Positions 49,158-59,304 of a stretch of DNA of 64,000 nucleotides are shown here, piece by piece (positions within the stretch are counted from its first letter, which is position 1; each line of letters starts with the position of its first letter). The stretch comes from a virus, in IMG/VR virus record IMGVR_UViG_3300033049_000013, positions 1 through 64,000 of that record; one strand, 5' to 3'. Made by a program: the position numbers and the translations under genes. The notes beneath the pieces are model-generated. The model did not search any database. It was given only the letters and a program-made list of their open reading frames with translations, and was not told the DNA's origin.

Positions 49158-49850
49158 TTAAAAGGTTTGATTAGGTGGAGTACTTCCTGCATTATTACTT
49201 CTATCTTCAGGCATTTGGTCGGTACGCAGTAGTAGTTTAAATACCTCCTCTCTAATTAGCATCCTCTCTGATACTCTAGTACCAAATGATGCATCAATTA
49301 CTCCAGTACAATTATTTGCAGAACAAGCACTAGCCATTTCAGCAGCTACAGGGTCTAAGAATATCCCCTTTATTTTAATTGCTCGTAGTCTTTGTTGTGG
49401 TATATTAAATACACCAAACTTATTCTTCATCCTAATGTAGTAATAGTTATTCTTACCTGTCTTTCTAAACTTCCTTAATCTATGTTTTGCTTCAGTAACA
49501 GGAGCAATTTCTCTACCATCAATAGTAGATACTCTAATTATTTCCGTATTACCATCAAACATACCACCAGGAATATCTTTACATGTCTTCAATATCTCAC
49601 ATCCTGCAGGAATATCTAAACAATCATCACACTCATGGTAACTATCTGTACATAATGTAAGACAGATAGTTTGATAAATATCATCAGGAAATTCTTTATT
49701 CTTCTCTAGTCTACGTTCCATTATTAAGCCTCTAGCTTCTAATAGTGCCATGTAGATTTGCTCATCAGTAAAGTTAGAATCATCACTTACTTCACGTAAA
49801 TTCTGTCTAACGAAATCAATATGACTTCTTACTAAATCGTATTTACTCAT
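49158..49850 (-). CDS. tail ring protein (crAss structural protein)
   Basis: SDDSNFTDEQI...R, YQTICL.L and I.GIFLDP motifs; synteny upstream of the IHF-like gene. Confidence 0.7.
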   Translation of the reverse strand: MSKYDLVRSHIDFVRQNLREVSDDSNFTDEQIYMALLEARGLIMERRLEKNKEFPDDIYQTICLTLCTDSYHECDDCLDIPAGCEILKTCKDIPGGMFDGNTEIIRVSTIDGREIAPVTEAKHRLRKFRKTGKNNYYYIRMKNKFGVFNIPQQRLRAIKIKGIFLDPVAAEMASACSANNCTGVIDASFGTRVSERMLIREEVFKLLLRTDQMPEDRSNNAGSTPPNQTF

Positions 49851-49873
49851 TCGTATAGTTTTATATTATAAAG

Positions 49874-49906
49874 AAAGGTATTAAGGTTCTTTACCCTAAT
49901 ACCTTT
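49874..49906 (-). terminator. probable intrinsic terminator after holin
   Basis: AAAGGTATTA...TAATACCTTT inverted repeat with T-rich flanks. Confidence 0.6.
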
Positions 49907-49947
49907 TGTTTTACTTCAATATACAATAAAGCTAAGTAGCTTGTATA

Positions 49948-50511
49948 TTATTTTTCATTTTTAGAATCACTGTTTTTTGTAGTATTACAATGTTTTGATT
50001 TTTCTATTTTAGTTATAATTTTATTTTCTAATATCTTAGTTATAATATCCAAGAAAGTAAATAGTCTTGGTTTATTACCAAATCGCCTTTCTAAATTCTC
50101 ACCAATTGAATGCCATTCCCAAAGGAATATTAACGAGAATATCAGAATTCTGATATTAGAAATTAACCATGTACTTAATGTGTATCCGTTGTCTTCTAAT
50201 TGTCCCTGTAGTAGGGCTGCAAAGCAAAGAAACATAAAGTATGATATAAACTTGTGTACACTTCTTAATCCTTTAGCAGAGGTCAATTTAGAGCCTTCAT
50301 ACTTAGATGCAATAATGCCTGTTATAAAATCGAATAGAAGTAGTAACGATAAGAAAGTCAATATACCCATACTAAAGCCTAAAAACTTAATATTCATCAT
50401 ATCTGACATACTATTTATAAAAGGAGCAAGTGTAAACCCAAATAGTAATATTGCTTTGTTACCAAATACATGGTTTACTACATCACTAAAATATAGTATA
50501 GTTAATTTCAT
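49948..50511 (-). CDS. holin (phage holin 4_1 / toxin-secretion family)
   Basis: Several TM segments; DFITGIIAS...S.KG...K and E..SIGENL motifs. Confidence 0.8.
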   Translation of the reverse strand: MKLTILYFSDVVNHVFGNKAILLFGFTLAPFINSMSDMMNIKFLGFSMGILTFLSLLLLFDFITGIIASKYEGSKLTSAKGLRSVHKFISYFMFLCFAALLQGQLEDNGYTLSTWLISNIRILIFSLIFLWEWHSIGENLERRFGNKPRLFTFLDIITKILENKIITKIEKSKHCNTTKNSDSKNEK

Positions 50512-50981
50512 TTTCTAATAGCATCTTTTATTAAGAATATAAATGAAAAGATAAGTCCTAATCCTGCTAAGACTGCATCGAATATAAAAAAGTTACCTCC
50601 TAAGTCGAATATTAAATGTAAAATGTTTAATACATTCAATAAAATTAATGTTCCTATACTTACTTTTGAGTATACACAGAAATTGTGATGCAAAGCGTAG
50701 AATAAGAAAAATAGGCTAGTAATAAGTGAACCTCCAACTGTTAATCCAAATAGGTTATGAATACTTCTATATGTAGTTGCACCATAGAAATATACTAAAC
50801 CAGAAGAGATTAAAGAAAAAAGCAACATGATAAAAGGAGTAGCCATTACGCATGTAGCAGCTAATTTTTTATACTTGCTTGTACTTGAAACTGTTCCATC
50901 AGGTTTAGCAAGCCTTGATGATTTAGGTTTCGAAGGTTTTGTTGGTACTGGTTTAAGTGTACCTGTTGCTGGTATTGACAT
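50508..50981 (-). CDS. membrane protein (about 4 TM), coupled to holin
   Basis: Basic Pro/Ser/Lys N-terminal tail followed by four hydrophobic segments; ATGA overlap with holin. Confidence 0.7.
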   Translation of the reverse strand: MSIPATGTLKPVPTKPSKPKSSRLAKPDGTVSSTSKYKKLAATCVMATPFIMLLFSLISSGLVYFYGATTYRSIHNLFGLTVGGSLITSLFFLFYALHHNFCVYSKVSIGTLILLNVLNILHLIFDLGGNFFIFDAVLAGLGLIFSFIFLIKDAIRK

Positions 50982-50993
50982 ATTTTATTCAAT

Positions 50994-51470
50994 TTATGAT
51001 AATTTAATAGATCTTTCTTCTAAGTCACCTCCTAGAGATGTAAAGGTAGTAGTTGTTGTTGTTAAGTTAAATGAAACTGTTGCTCCAATTACTGCATTTG
51101 CAGCTATATAAATAGGAGTTGTTCCAATAGGTGCGTTACCTTGATTAGCTATAATTAATATGTCTGATATAGGAATAGTTGTTGCACCTGCAACTCCCGA
51201 TGCAAAGTTTACAGAAATATGTAATTTAGTATATCCTAGTTCTACATATTCTAATAACGTATTTCCTAGTATACTAGCACTACTGTCTCCATCAGCAATA
51301 GTATCTGAACTATCATCTTGAGCACCTACTATCATTGGTAATAATAATTCTTTAAAATAAAGATTTCTTACAAATGTATGTATTGCTACTGGATTTGCAT
51401 ATTTTAATATTGAATCTTTTTTTCCAGAAGGTAATGTCCTTCCTGATACAAATAATTTTAATCTTGCCAT
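50994..51470 (-). CDS. putative virion fibre/decoration protein
   Basis: N-terminus paralogous to 55640..55906 (KL..SG...N...IHTFV); located in the structural module. Confidence 0.55.
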   Translation of the reverse strand: MARLKLFVSGRTLPSGKKDSILKYANPVAIHTFVRNLYFKELLLPMIVGAQDDSSDTIADGDSSASILGNTLLEYVELGYTKLHISVNFASGVAGATTIPISDILIIANQGNAPIGTTPIYIAANAVIGATVSFNLTTTTTTFTSLGGDLEERSIKLS

Positions 51471-51510
51471 TAGTTAATTGTTTATTGTTTATGTTTATTT
51501 TTTAGTATAC

Positions 51511-52791
51511 CTATGGTACATCATTTACAATATCTGCACTTGTCATGTTAACCATTGTAAAATCAATACTACCAACACTATCTAATAAAGTAGGATAAGT
51601 GTCATCATCGCCCATTCTCCACCAATTATCAGGAGAGCTTAGAAGTGTAGTTAAATTAAATGGTATACCTGAATTGTATATACTTGAAACATTAGTAGTT
51701 TCATCAGATGCCCATAAAGCAACTTCATCAACTAAACAGTTGTTACGTAAATAATCACTTGATGTTCCATTCCTTCCTAATCTAAAATACTCGTCTTTGA
51801 TACTTCCAGCCCATCCATCGTTATTATGATCTGTATTCAGACTTTGACTAACTCCATTAATAAATATGTCAAATCTACTATAATAATCATTTAAATCATT
51901 CTGATCTTGACCTGTAGTTCCTCCATCATAAGTAACTATGATTTGATTCCAAACTCCTTGTACTATTCCATTATTAGGTGTTTCAAATTCTAAATAGTTA
52001 TTATTAGTACCATATCTCAGTCTTATATGTTTATCACCCCCACTACCATCATACCATAATTGTACACGACCTTCATTGCTTTGATCAGATCCACCGAACA
52101 TTAGTATAGTTTGTTCACTATTACCAGAGGTTCCAGCTTTAAACCATAAAGCTATAGTCCAAGCATCTGATACACCTGTACCATTTGAAGGTCTGTAAAG
52201 TGGATTTGATGTATTAGCAGTAGCATCACAGTAGTCGTTATTATTAAATTTAACTGACTTTGTATTTGCAAAAGGTGGATTACTTACTGTTAATGTAAGT
52301 GTTTCTGAATCTTGACCATTATAGTTAATTGCAATCATAGTTATGATATAAGTCCCTGCTATTAATGAAGCACCTCCAATTAGTTTTCTAACATTACCTT
52401 CTACAGTAGTTACGCCTGATGGTAAATTAACCCATTCATAACCTACTCCATGAGTAGCTACTAGTTCATAGTTTAAAATTCCTCCTTGTACTAAATTAAC
52501 AGTGGTAATACTAGTGATTACAGGTAATTCTGTAGTACCTGTACCAGAACTTTGGAAAATACTATTTAATTCGTTAACTACTTCAACATCATTAACCCCA
52601 TAAGGATTATTATTTTCATCCACAAATTCTGAGTACAGAACATTAGATACTAAGCTAATTCCTTTAGATAAGTCTATTACATCAATATTAGGAAATAGAT
52701 TTATAGCTTGTAACGAGTTTAGAAATTGAACTCCATTACTATCTTCTATATAGATAGCATTAGCATTGGAATCTTTATATATTTTTATCAT
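51511..52791 (-). CDS. fibre/receptor-binding protein with Ig-like and LamG/concanavalin-A-like domains
   Basis: PVITS...NLPSGV...GTY.IT..A.N..G (Ig-like repeat); WTIALWFK, WNQIIVTYDG, IFINGV, VDEVALW and WWRMGD (LamG). Confidence 0.8.
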   Translation of the reverse strand: MIKIYKDSNANAIYIEDSNGVQFLNSLQAINLFPNIDVIDLSKGISLVSNVLYSEFVDENNNPYGVNDVEVVNELNSIFQSSGTGTTELPVITSITTVNLVQGGILNYELVATHGVGYEWVNLPSGVTTVEGNVRKLIGGASLIAGTYIITMIAINYNGQDSETLTLTVSNPPFANTKSVKFNNNDYCDATANTSNPLYRPSNGTGVSDAWTIALWFKAGTSGNSEQTILMFGGSDQSNEGRVQLWYDGSGGDKHIRLRYGTNNNYLEFETPNNGIVQGVWNQIIVTYDGGTTGQDQNDLNDYYSRFDIFINGVSQSLNTDHNNDGWAGSIKDEYFRLGRNGTSSDYLRNNCLVDEVALWASDETTNVSSIYNSGIPFNLTTLLSSPDNWWRMGDDDTYPTLLDSVGSIDFTMVNMTSADIVNDVP

Positions 52792-52798
52792 ATTTTAA

Positions 52799-53323
52799 TT
52801 ATCTTTTAATTACTTGAACTACACTTCCAAAATTAGTAACAGTACCATTAGTGGATAATCTTAACTGTAGTATTCCTGAATTAGCTTGAGTATTAACATC
52901 TCCTAAGTATATATAATCTACACCTAATGTAAATCTATATGCTATACCACTTCCTGAATCTAATCTATCTACTCTTTTCATTAATTCATATGACCCTATA
53001 CCTGTACCTAACGAGTATCTTAATTCAAGTAATGCATTGTTTGTATTTGGAGTTACTTCGTAATCATTTCGTATTACTACTGCATCACCTACCTTTAATT
53101 CTGTAAAATCAAAATAGCCTGTAGATACATCTATCAACTCAGTTACTCCATCTGGAGGAAACAATTTATTAGTCTCTGTTCCAAGTCCATTATTAGTAAG
53201 TTCTGTCCATACATCAGTAGTTAAGCTAATAGCTGCCAATGTATTATGGTAATTAATAAATCCTGACTTATCTTTTTGCCTGTCTAACCCCATTTTTATT
53301 AGGGGATTATATTTTAAGCTCAT
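52799..53323 (-). CDS. putative fibre/structural protein
   Basis: Beta-rich 174-aa ORF in the fibre cluster. Confidence 0.55.
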   Translation of the reverse strand: MSLKYNPLIKMGLDRQKDKSGFINYHNTLAAISLTTDVWTELTNNGLGTETNKLFPPDGVTELIDVSTGYFDFTELKVGDAVVIRNDYEVTPNTNNALLELRYSLGTGIGSYELMKRVDRLDSGSGIAYRFTLGVDYIYLGDVNTQANSGILQLRLSTNGTVTNFGSVVQVIKR

Positions 53324-53341
53324 TATTTTATTTTTTTGTTG

Positions 53342-54091
53342 TTATGAAATTATAATTAGCCCATCAAATTCCGTACCTATTGAACTAGTTAGAGTGATGT
53401 CACCATTTGTAGCTACAACAATAGATTCTAATGTCTGAAATACGCCAGGAGTTAATGCTGTTTTAGGAGATCCAACTGCTCCTGAATATACAGAAATTTG
53501 CAAGTTGCTACCCATACCATGGGTTGATGCAAGTATAGTAATTTCTTCTGAGACAAAATCAGTACTTAAAAATGTTTCTGAATATTTCTTATTTACATAT
53601 TCAACTTCTCCTGTTGAAGAACGTACCAATGAAAGTAATTGACCATTAATAGCAGTAGTAGCTGTTACATTAGCTGTTACGATTTCAACACCACTTGGTG
53701 ATGTTAGTGTAGGTACTATATTAATTGAGCTGTTACTACTTGAATTACCTAACACAATAGCACCTGATCCAGTTACACTGAAATTAGTACACTCAAAATC
53801 TATATCATTAGTTACTCCAATACCAAATCCGCTGATTGCTTCTATCACTCCTATATACAGGTTTCTAGTCTGTCCAGCTACACCATCTATGGTAGTATTT
53901 TCTTGAGTTAATATTCCACCTAGTGTTACTGCATTTGCAGCTTCAGTTAATCCATTGGAAAATGTATATGTAGTACCAGTAGTAAGTATTCTTGAATCTA
54001 TATACTTTCTCAAGTTAAAGCTATTGTCAAATTTAATTACACTTTTACCTCCAGACACACGTGTTTTATTATCAAAAAATATATTTGTCAT
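53342..54091 (-). CDS. putative fibre protein
   Basis: NGLT.....V.LGG.L and ITILASTHGMG motifs, typical of Bacteroidota phage fibres; Thr/Ser/Gly-rich. Confidence 0.6.
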   Translation of the reverse strand: MTNIFFDNKTRVSGGKSVIKFDNSFNLRKYIDSRILTTGTTYTFSNGLTEAANAVTLGGILTQENTTIDGVAGQTRNLYIGVIEAISGFGIGVTNDIDFECTNFSVTGSGAIVLGNSSSNSSINIVPTLTSPSGVEIVTANVTATTAINGQLLSLVRSSTGEVEYVNKKYSETFLSTDFVSEEITILASTHGMGSNLQISVYSGAVGSPKTALTPGVFQTLESIVVATNGDITLTSSIGTEFDGLIIIS

Positions 54092-54104
54092 TATTATTAT
54101 TTTA

Positions 54105-55622
54105 TTATGTTGTTATTATATTTAATATATTATCGTTAATATCGTAAGTTAAAGTTTGTGTAATATATGTTAACGTAGCATTTCTAAATCTTATAGTTTC
54201 TATATTACTAGTATTACCACTTGGATTACCTGCTACAATACCTGTGTAATAAGTAAATAACTTTTCATTTCCTTTAAGAAATTCCCAATTAGCATACTGT
54301 TCAAGTAGAAAAGATCTTCTTAATTGTTCTACAGTTTTATCTGTACTAGAAGCAACAGACTCGTCAACTACAGTAGGAATAAATACAGCAGCTTTCCATG
54401 TTCTAAGAGTAATAACACCATCATGTATAATTATACTGTCTACAATTTCAGTAGGTAAAGTATGAGTTCCAGGAATTAATTTAAAATTATTTGCACTTAA
54501 TACCATCATTTTTAAAGCAGATATATGGTTATTCCATAAAGTTGCTAATTCAGTCATATTATTTACAATAATAGGAATTATAGATTGAGTATCTATTACA
54601 GTAAGCGCCATAACTCCTAACTGTGTTACATTAAAAGGAAAAATAGGTGTAATACCTGATTCTATATCTGCAAATTTAACTACAGCAGCTTCTTGATTAC
54701 TAAGGAAGTTAGTTGTAGCACGAGCCTCATCAATTTGAGTTAACTGATTAGTTTTAGTACTTACTTTATTATCAATATCAGTTAATATGGTGCTTAATTT
54801 CTGTTCAGTAGCTTTATTTGAATCTCTTATAAATAGACCAATTAAAGTATATGGCAAGTCTAACACATCTAAGTATGTAGTAGAGGTAAGTAAGTTATTC
54901 TCATACCTATCAACTCTAGTAATTAAATCTGTCAATGCGTAATTTAAAGGTGTAGTACCAAGAGTAGTTACTCTATAATTTGCAGGAAACCCACTAATAA
55001 TGTTATTAAATTGTATATGTATACGTAAAGAATCATAAGTTAATCCTGTAGTATCAAAACTTAATTGTATAATTTGAGTATTAACACCTCCACCAAAGGG
55101 AGTACTTATAACCGAAGTTAAAAAAGAAGGCACACCTGCTGTTACACTGCTTAATGTAAATACACTTCCATTAGTTCCAGGAGTAGGCGCTATACTTTCA
55201 TATACTAAAAATATATTAACAATTCCTGTTGTAGGATACCCAGACACTATAGGAATTAATATAGCATAGTTTTGGTTACTTTCTAAGTAACTAAAACTAC
55301 TACTAGTTATAGTAGTTATAACTGGAGCTGTTCCTCCACCAATTCCTAATGAATCTGAAGTAATAGTACCAAGTATTAATGTTGTTAGTATATCAGTATC
55401 AATACCTAGTGATTCTATTAATTCAAAATCAACTTTATCAATTATCTCCTGTAATTTTATAATACTTACATCTTGTTTAGCTTCTGTTGAGAAGCCAACT
55501 ATAGCACTTCCGCCAGTAGTTATTAAAGTAGTTCTAATTCTCCTTAATTCATGTACTACTGTCTTAAAGTTTACTGAATTAGGATAAGTAGCAGCTCCAG
55601 GATTTGTTGTTCTTATAGCCAT
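54105..55622 (-). CDS. putative tail fibre/structural protein, 505 aa
   Basis: Thr/Ile-rich ORF in the fibre cluster; C-terminal TLTYD..DNI..I motif. Confidence 0.55.
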   Translation of the reverse strand: MAIRTTNPGAATYPNSVNFKTVVHELRRIRTTLITTGGSAIVGFSTEAKQDVSIIKLQEIIDKVDFELIESLGIDTDILTTLILGTITSDSLGIGGGTAPVITTITSSSFSYLESNQNYAILIPIVSGYPTTGIVNIFLVYESIAPTPGTNGSVFTLSSVTAGVPSFLTSVISTPFGGGVNTQIIQLSFDTTGLTYDSLRIHIQFNNIISGFPANYRVTTLGTTPLNYALTDLITRVDRYENNLLTSTTYLDVLDLPYTLIGLFIRDSNKATEQKLSTILTDIDNKVSTKTNQLTQIDEARATTNFLSNQEAAVVKFADIESGITPIFPFNVTQLGVMALTVIDTQSIIPIIVNNMTELATLWNNHISALKMMVLSANNFKLIPGTHTLPTEIVDSIIIHDGVITLRTWKAAVFIPTVVDESVASSTDKTVEQLRRSFLLEQYANWEFLKGNEKLFTYYTGIVAGNPSGNTSNIETIRFRNATLTYITQTLTYDINDNILNIITT

Positions 55623-55639
55623 TATTTATTATTTATTTT

Positions 55640-55906
55640 TTAGTTTTTAGTCATTAAAACTCCTGCTGCTGTTTTATATAATTGACCTGTAGTCAAGCCA
55701 CCTACACCTGCTGCAGTATCATCTGCATACACTGGTAGAGCCGCTGCATATATTGGTAGATAAGCATCTGTACGTATTGGAAAGTCAATATCTAAATATC
55801 TCTTAACGAACGTATGAATTTCAATTCCATTATCTACTTGTCCAATAACAGGTTTTCCTTTTGTTACTGTTAATTTTCCGCTTAATGTTAATTTTGGTAA
55901 AGCCAT
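55640..55906 (-). CDS. small fibre/decoration protein
   Basis: C-terminal LPVYADDTAAGVGGLTTGQLYKT, a motif common at phage fibre ends; N-terminus shared with 50994..51470. Confidence 0.6.
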   Translation of the reverse strand: MALPKLTLSGKLTVTKGKPVIGQVDNGIEIHTFVKRYLDIDFPIRTDAYLPIYAAALPVYADDTAAGVGGLTTGQLYKTAAGVLMTKN

Positions 55907-55918
55907 TATTTAATTTTT

Positions 55919-56182
55919 TTATTTACATGTAGCGCAATTTCTACAATTTCTGTTTTTACGTCTACTTAATGCCATTATATAAGCATCTATTTTTTGAATT
56001 AAATCGACTGGAATTAAATCATTACAGTCGTTTGTTGTTTCTAGTGATTCTTGTACTGCTATGTATTGTTGTAACTTTCTTATTTCTAATCGAAGTTCAG
56101 CAAGTTCACAATCTAATCCCCACATTATTTTGGCGGAGAATAAAATGCTGTACTCTACTAGTTTACATTTTAGTTCTTCCAT
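55919..56182 (-). CDS. small Cys-rich structural protein (tail hub B-like by synteny)
   Basis: 87 aa, helical, ends CRNCATCK; follows the putative tail hub A gene. Confidence 0.5.
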   Translation of the reverse strand: MEELKCKLVEYSILFSAKIMWGLDCELAELRLEIRKLQQYIAVQESLETTNDCNDLIPVDLIQKIDAYIMALSRRKNRNCRNCATCK

Positions 56183-56185
56183 AAT

Positions 56186-57781
56186 TTAATATTTATTTTG
56201 ACTAACACACCCACATCTGTTTTCACCTGATATAACATTGTTTTGAAAAATAGCACAATCACATTCATCTAGTAAGGTCTCTAAGTAAGCATATAAGTCA
56301 CATAGATTAGTACAGGGAATATTAAGACAACTATTAAATTGTATTAATGCATCGTATAATACTTGTACCATAGGGTCACAACCATGAGCTAATGCGCTGA
56401 TTACTAAACAACGAGTCTCACAATCTACAAAAGTACAGCCAGTAATAAACGAATTACTAATGTCACTATTACTTAATGTAACTTGATAGACACCATCAAA
56501 GAATTTATCCGAACTATAAATAGATGAACTAATGTTAATAACTGTATTATTGACATTTTCAACTACAGTAATTCCATCAGGAAAAGGAGGAAATCCTAAA
56601 CTAGTAGTAACAACTACTACATCTAATACATTACCTAGTCCTACATTAGGACTTATAGTATAATTAATAGTGTAAACATCACCGTTAATTGTAGTAATTA
56701 ATATTGTTTTGTTCTCTACTATAACGGGGAAACCAGAACCTAAAGGATTCTCAATCAAAAACATCACATTTATAGTTAATGTATTTGGACTATTAGAAGT
56801 ATATAATGTAGAACCACTATTATAATCAGATGTATATTGAATACTCTGTACTAATGTGGCATCTATTCCTGTTATAAGAATATCTATAGTAGCAGTATTA
56901 TAATTGTTACCGTTGATATTAACTATCTCAGGTAAAGATTGTTCTGTACCATTAATACCATCCGCAACTAAATTATATCTAGGTGCTAATTCAAAGTTCA
57001 TTGTATTATTACAACAATTCTGTTCGATTTCTAAACCTATAAATTCAGTAGTTGGTTCAGGAGCTACTCTACCTGTTAATTGCTCTATGTAATCTTTAGA
57101 TTCCGAGCTAACAGTTAGTACAGTACAATCACTATTAGTTGTTACAATAACATCCTTTGGATTTTCTATAACTGGAGTAAGTGTAACCTCAGTATAAAGC
57201 TCATCAATAGCAATAGAATTAACTGTATCAGTTATACTCAATCTAGAAGTAATTATATCAGTAGTAGCAAATTGATTCTCGAATATAGATAAATCTGTAT
57301 TAGTATCATCATAAGATGTATTATTTGTATAATCTATTTGGTATGTATTAAAGAATACTGTACCGCTATATAAGGCTGCTCCTACTATCGTAGTTTGATT
57401 ATTATCAGGTAGATAAGTAACTAAGCCATTTGGTAATACATAAGCCGTTACACCTAAAAATATAACGTTGGTATTTACACCATCGTTTATTATTAGTATA
57501 GATGTTTTAGCTGTTCTATTTAATGAATCAGTTGTAGTTAACTCTACTCTAGCTCTATAAGTTGCTACAGTAGTAAATCCAATAGTAAACTCTTGTGTGT
57601 CAGAAGCTCCTCCTATTACAGCTACACTAGAACCTGATAGTATAGTGTGAGTCCATGTCCAGCCAGTTACTGTAATTCCTTCTGATACGTCCGAAGACTC
57701 TATAAAAGAAAAGTTAGTAATAACAGGTACTATACCCGTAGAATCAGTACTACCAGTAAAAATAATTTTTGGTATAAGCAT
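56186..57781 (-). CDS. tail hub A-like structural protein with PKD/Ig-like N-terminal domains
   Basis: S...ITVTGWTWT (PKD-like); F.DGVY.V followed by Cys-rich helical C-terminus (...RCGC); synteny. Confidence 0.55.
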   Translation of the reverse strand: MLIPKIIFTGSTDSTGIVPVITNFSFIESSDVSEGITVTGWTWTHTILSGSSVAVIGGASDTQEFTIGFTTVATYRARVELTTTDSLNRTAKTSILIINDGVNTNVIFLGVTAYVLPNGLVTYLPDNNQTTIVGAALYSGTVFFNTYQIDYTNNTSYDDTNTDLSIFENQFATTDIITSRLSITDTVNSIAIDELYTEVTLTPVIENPKDVIVTTNSDCTVLTVSSESKDYIEQLTGRVAPEPTTEFIGLEIEQNCCNNTMNFELAPRYNLVADGINGTEQSLPEIVNINGNNYNTATIDILITGIDATLVQSIQYTSDYNSGSTLYTSNSPNTLTINVMFLIENPLGSGFPVIVENKTILITTINGDVYTINYTISPNVGLGNVLDVVVVTTSLGFPPFPDGITVVENVNNTVINISSSIYSSDKFFDGVYQVTLSNSDISNSFITGCTFVDCETRCLVISALAHGCDPMVQVLYDALIQFNSCLNIPCTNLCDLYAYLETLLDECDCAIFQNNVISGENRCGCVSQNKY

Positions 57782-57795
57782 ATTGATTTAATATT

Positions 57796-57833
57796 AAAAA
57801 GCGGTGATGATTTTACACCACCAACCGCTTTTT
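57796..57833 (-). terminator. intrinsic terminator (bidirectional-looking)
   Basis: AAAAAGCGGT...ACCGCTTTTT inverted repeat downstream of the 464-aa gene. Confidence 0.75.
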
Positions 57834-57867
57834 ATTAATTTATATATTATTTTACTTTTAACTAATC

Positions 57868-59262
57868 TTACAGTGCAAGGTTAGTATGAGGATATGTAGT
57901 ACTATTCATCCAGTTGTTAATAGTAGTTTGAGCATACGCTTTTTGAGCATTTGCTACACCAGTAAATAACGCAAAACCAGTTGTAGTAAAGTTAGCAATT
58001 GGAATTACTGTACGTTGTGGAGAAATAGAAGGTAATCCACTAGACGCTGTTCTTTGTTCGCATGAGTCAATGAAGTAAACATCATAGATTGCTCCAGGTG
58101 TTAATTCTGTACCATACTCTACAAAGTATTGTTGCCATGGTTTATTACCGATATAAGCACGGTGTCCTGCAGTATCTCTGTAGTATTGTAGAATCTCATC
58201 GTAGTATCCTGAACCTTCGTTAGGAGTAACAATATGGTCTGTGAAAGTTGAAGAACTGAATCCAGCCTCTAAACCAACTTGTATACGACTTTTGTTTTGA
58301 TAAGCTTCTTCATAAGTAGCTTCTGTCGGATCTAATGCTATAAATAGTAATCTATCTACAGTAGAAGTTGCCACACCTGCTACACGTCCACCCGCAATTA
58401 AACGAGTAGCTACTCCTGTATTAGCAGTTGTAGCTAATGCATAAGGTATGATTTGTGAAGTACTAGGAATGTTACCAAATGAAACATCTATAATCTTAGT
58501 GAATGTTTCTTTCAAGTCAGCATCAATTACAAGACGAATTGGTTGACCTACATCAGAAAAACCAATTATGATGCTATCTCCTGGATTTAAAGCAGCAGCA
58601 GTAGCCAAAGTAATTACATTTGTATTTGTTAAACTAGCTGTTGCAGCAGAATCAATACAAATTACTACACTTTCCATTTGTCCTTGCTGGTTATAATCAG
58701 CAGCTAAGTTATGTAGTAAATGATCTCTTTGTTGTGCATCAATAGTATATTGTGTAGATAATGTATAATCAGGTGTTGTAAAACGTCCTTGTTTATAAGG
58801 AGTATTATTACCATTATATAAATCTACTTTCCAACCACGAAGTCCTGAATTCATAATGTATTCAGTTTCATCGTTGATTGGTACAATCCCAGGACCTGAA
58901 CCTTCACCAATCATCCATGAACTATTACGTTTCACTTCAGCAGCTCTACCCGTAGATCTAAGGAAACAGTTTGCAAAAATATCAGGTGACTCTTCAAAAA
59001 CTCTAGGAGTTAATGGAGTTCTGATATTTGAATCATCTCTACGTTGAATGAATTTAATGAAATCTTGTGTACTTGAAGATACAGCTGCAGGGTCAAGCGC
59101 TGTTGGGTTCCCTGAATTTACTGTACCAGTATAAACTCCAAATCCACCAACAACTAAGTTGATTGCATCTGTAGTTAAGTCATACAGTCTATCTCCAGCT
59201 GTAGGTGTAGCTGTATTAGGGCGAGGAATAATAAAATTCTCTACTCTTGTTTTTATAGCCAT
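57868..59262 (-). CDS. structural protein (auxiliary capsid protein-like by synteny)
   Basis: Third gene after MCP, followed by a terminator; C-terminal EGSG..., YDVYFI pattern. Confidence 0.6.
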   Translation of the reverse strand: MAIKTRVENFIIPRPNTATPTAGDRLYDLTTDAINLVVGGFGVYTGTVNSGNPTALDPAAVSSSTQDFIKFIQRRDDSNIRTPLTPRVFEESPDIFANCFLRSTGRAAEVKRNSSWMIGEGSGPGIVPINDETEYIMNSGLRGWKVDLYNGNNTPYKQGRFTTPDYTLSTQYTIDAQQRDHLLHNLAADYNQQGQMESVVICIDSAATASLTNTNVITLATAAALNPGDSIIIGFSDVGQPIRLVIDADLKETFTKIIDVSFGNIPSTSQIIPYALATTANTGVATRLIAGGRVAGVATSTVDRLLFIALDPTEATYEEAYQNKSRIQVGLEAGFSSSTFTDHIVTPNEGSGYYDEILQYYRDTAGHRAYIGNKPWQQYFVEYGTELTPGAIYDVYFIDSCEQRTASSGLPSISPQRTVIPIANFTTTGFALFTGVANAQKAYAQTTINNWMNSTTYPHTNLAL

Positions 59263-59304
59263 TTTTTTATTTTGTTAAATTTTTTCTAAAAAGTGTTGAA
59301 AAAA

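Noticed and set aside
51511-55622. Diversity-generating retroelement or invertible fibre cassette
   Set aside because: No reverse transcriptase, recombinase, TR/VR pair or flanking inverted repeats were seen in the window.
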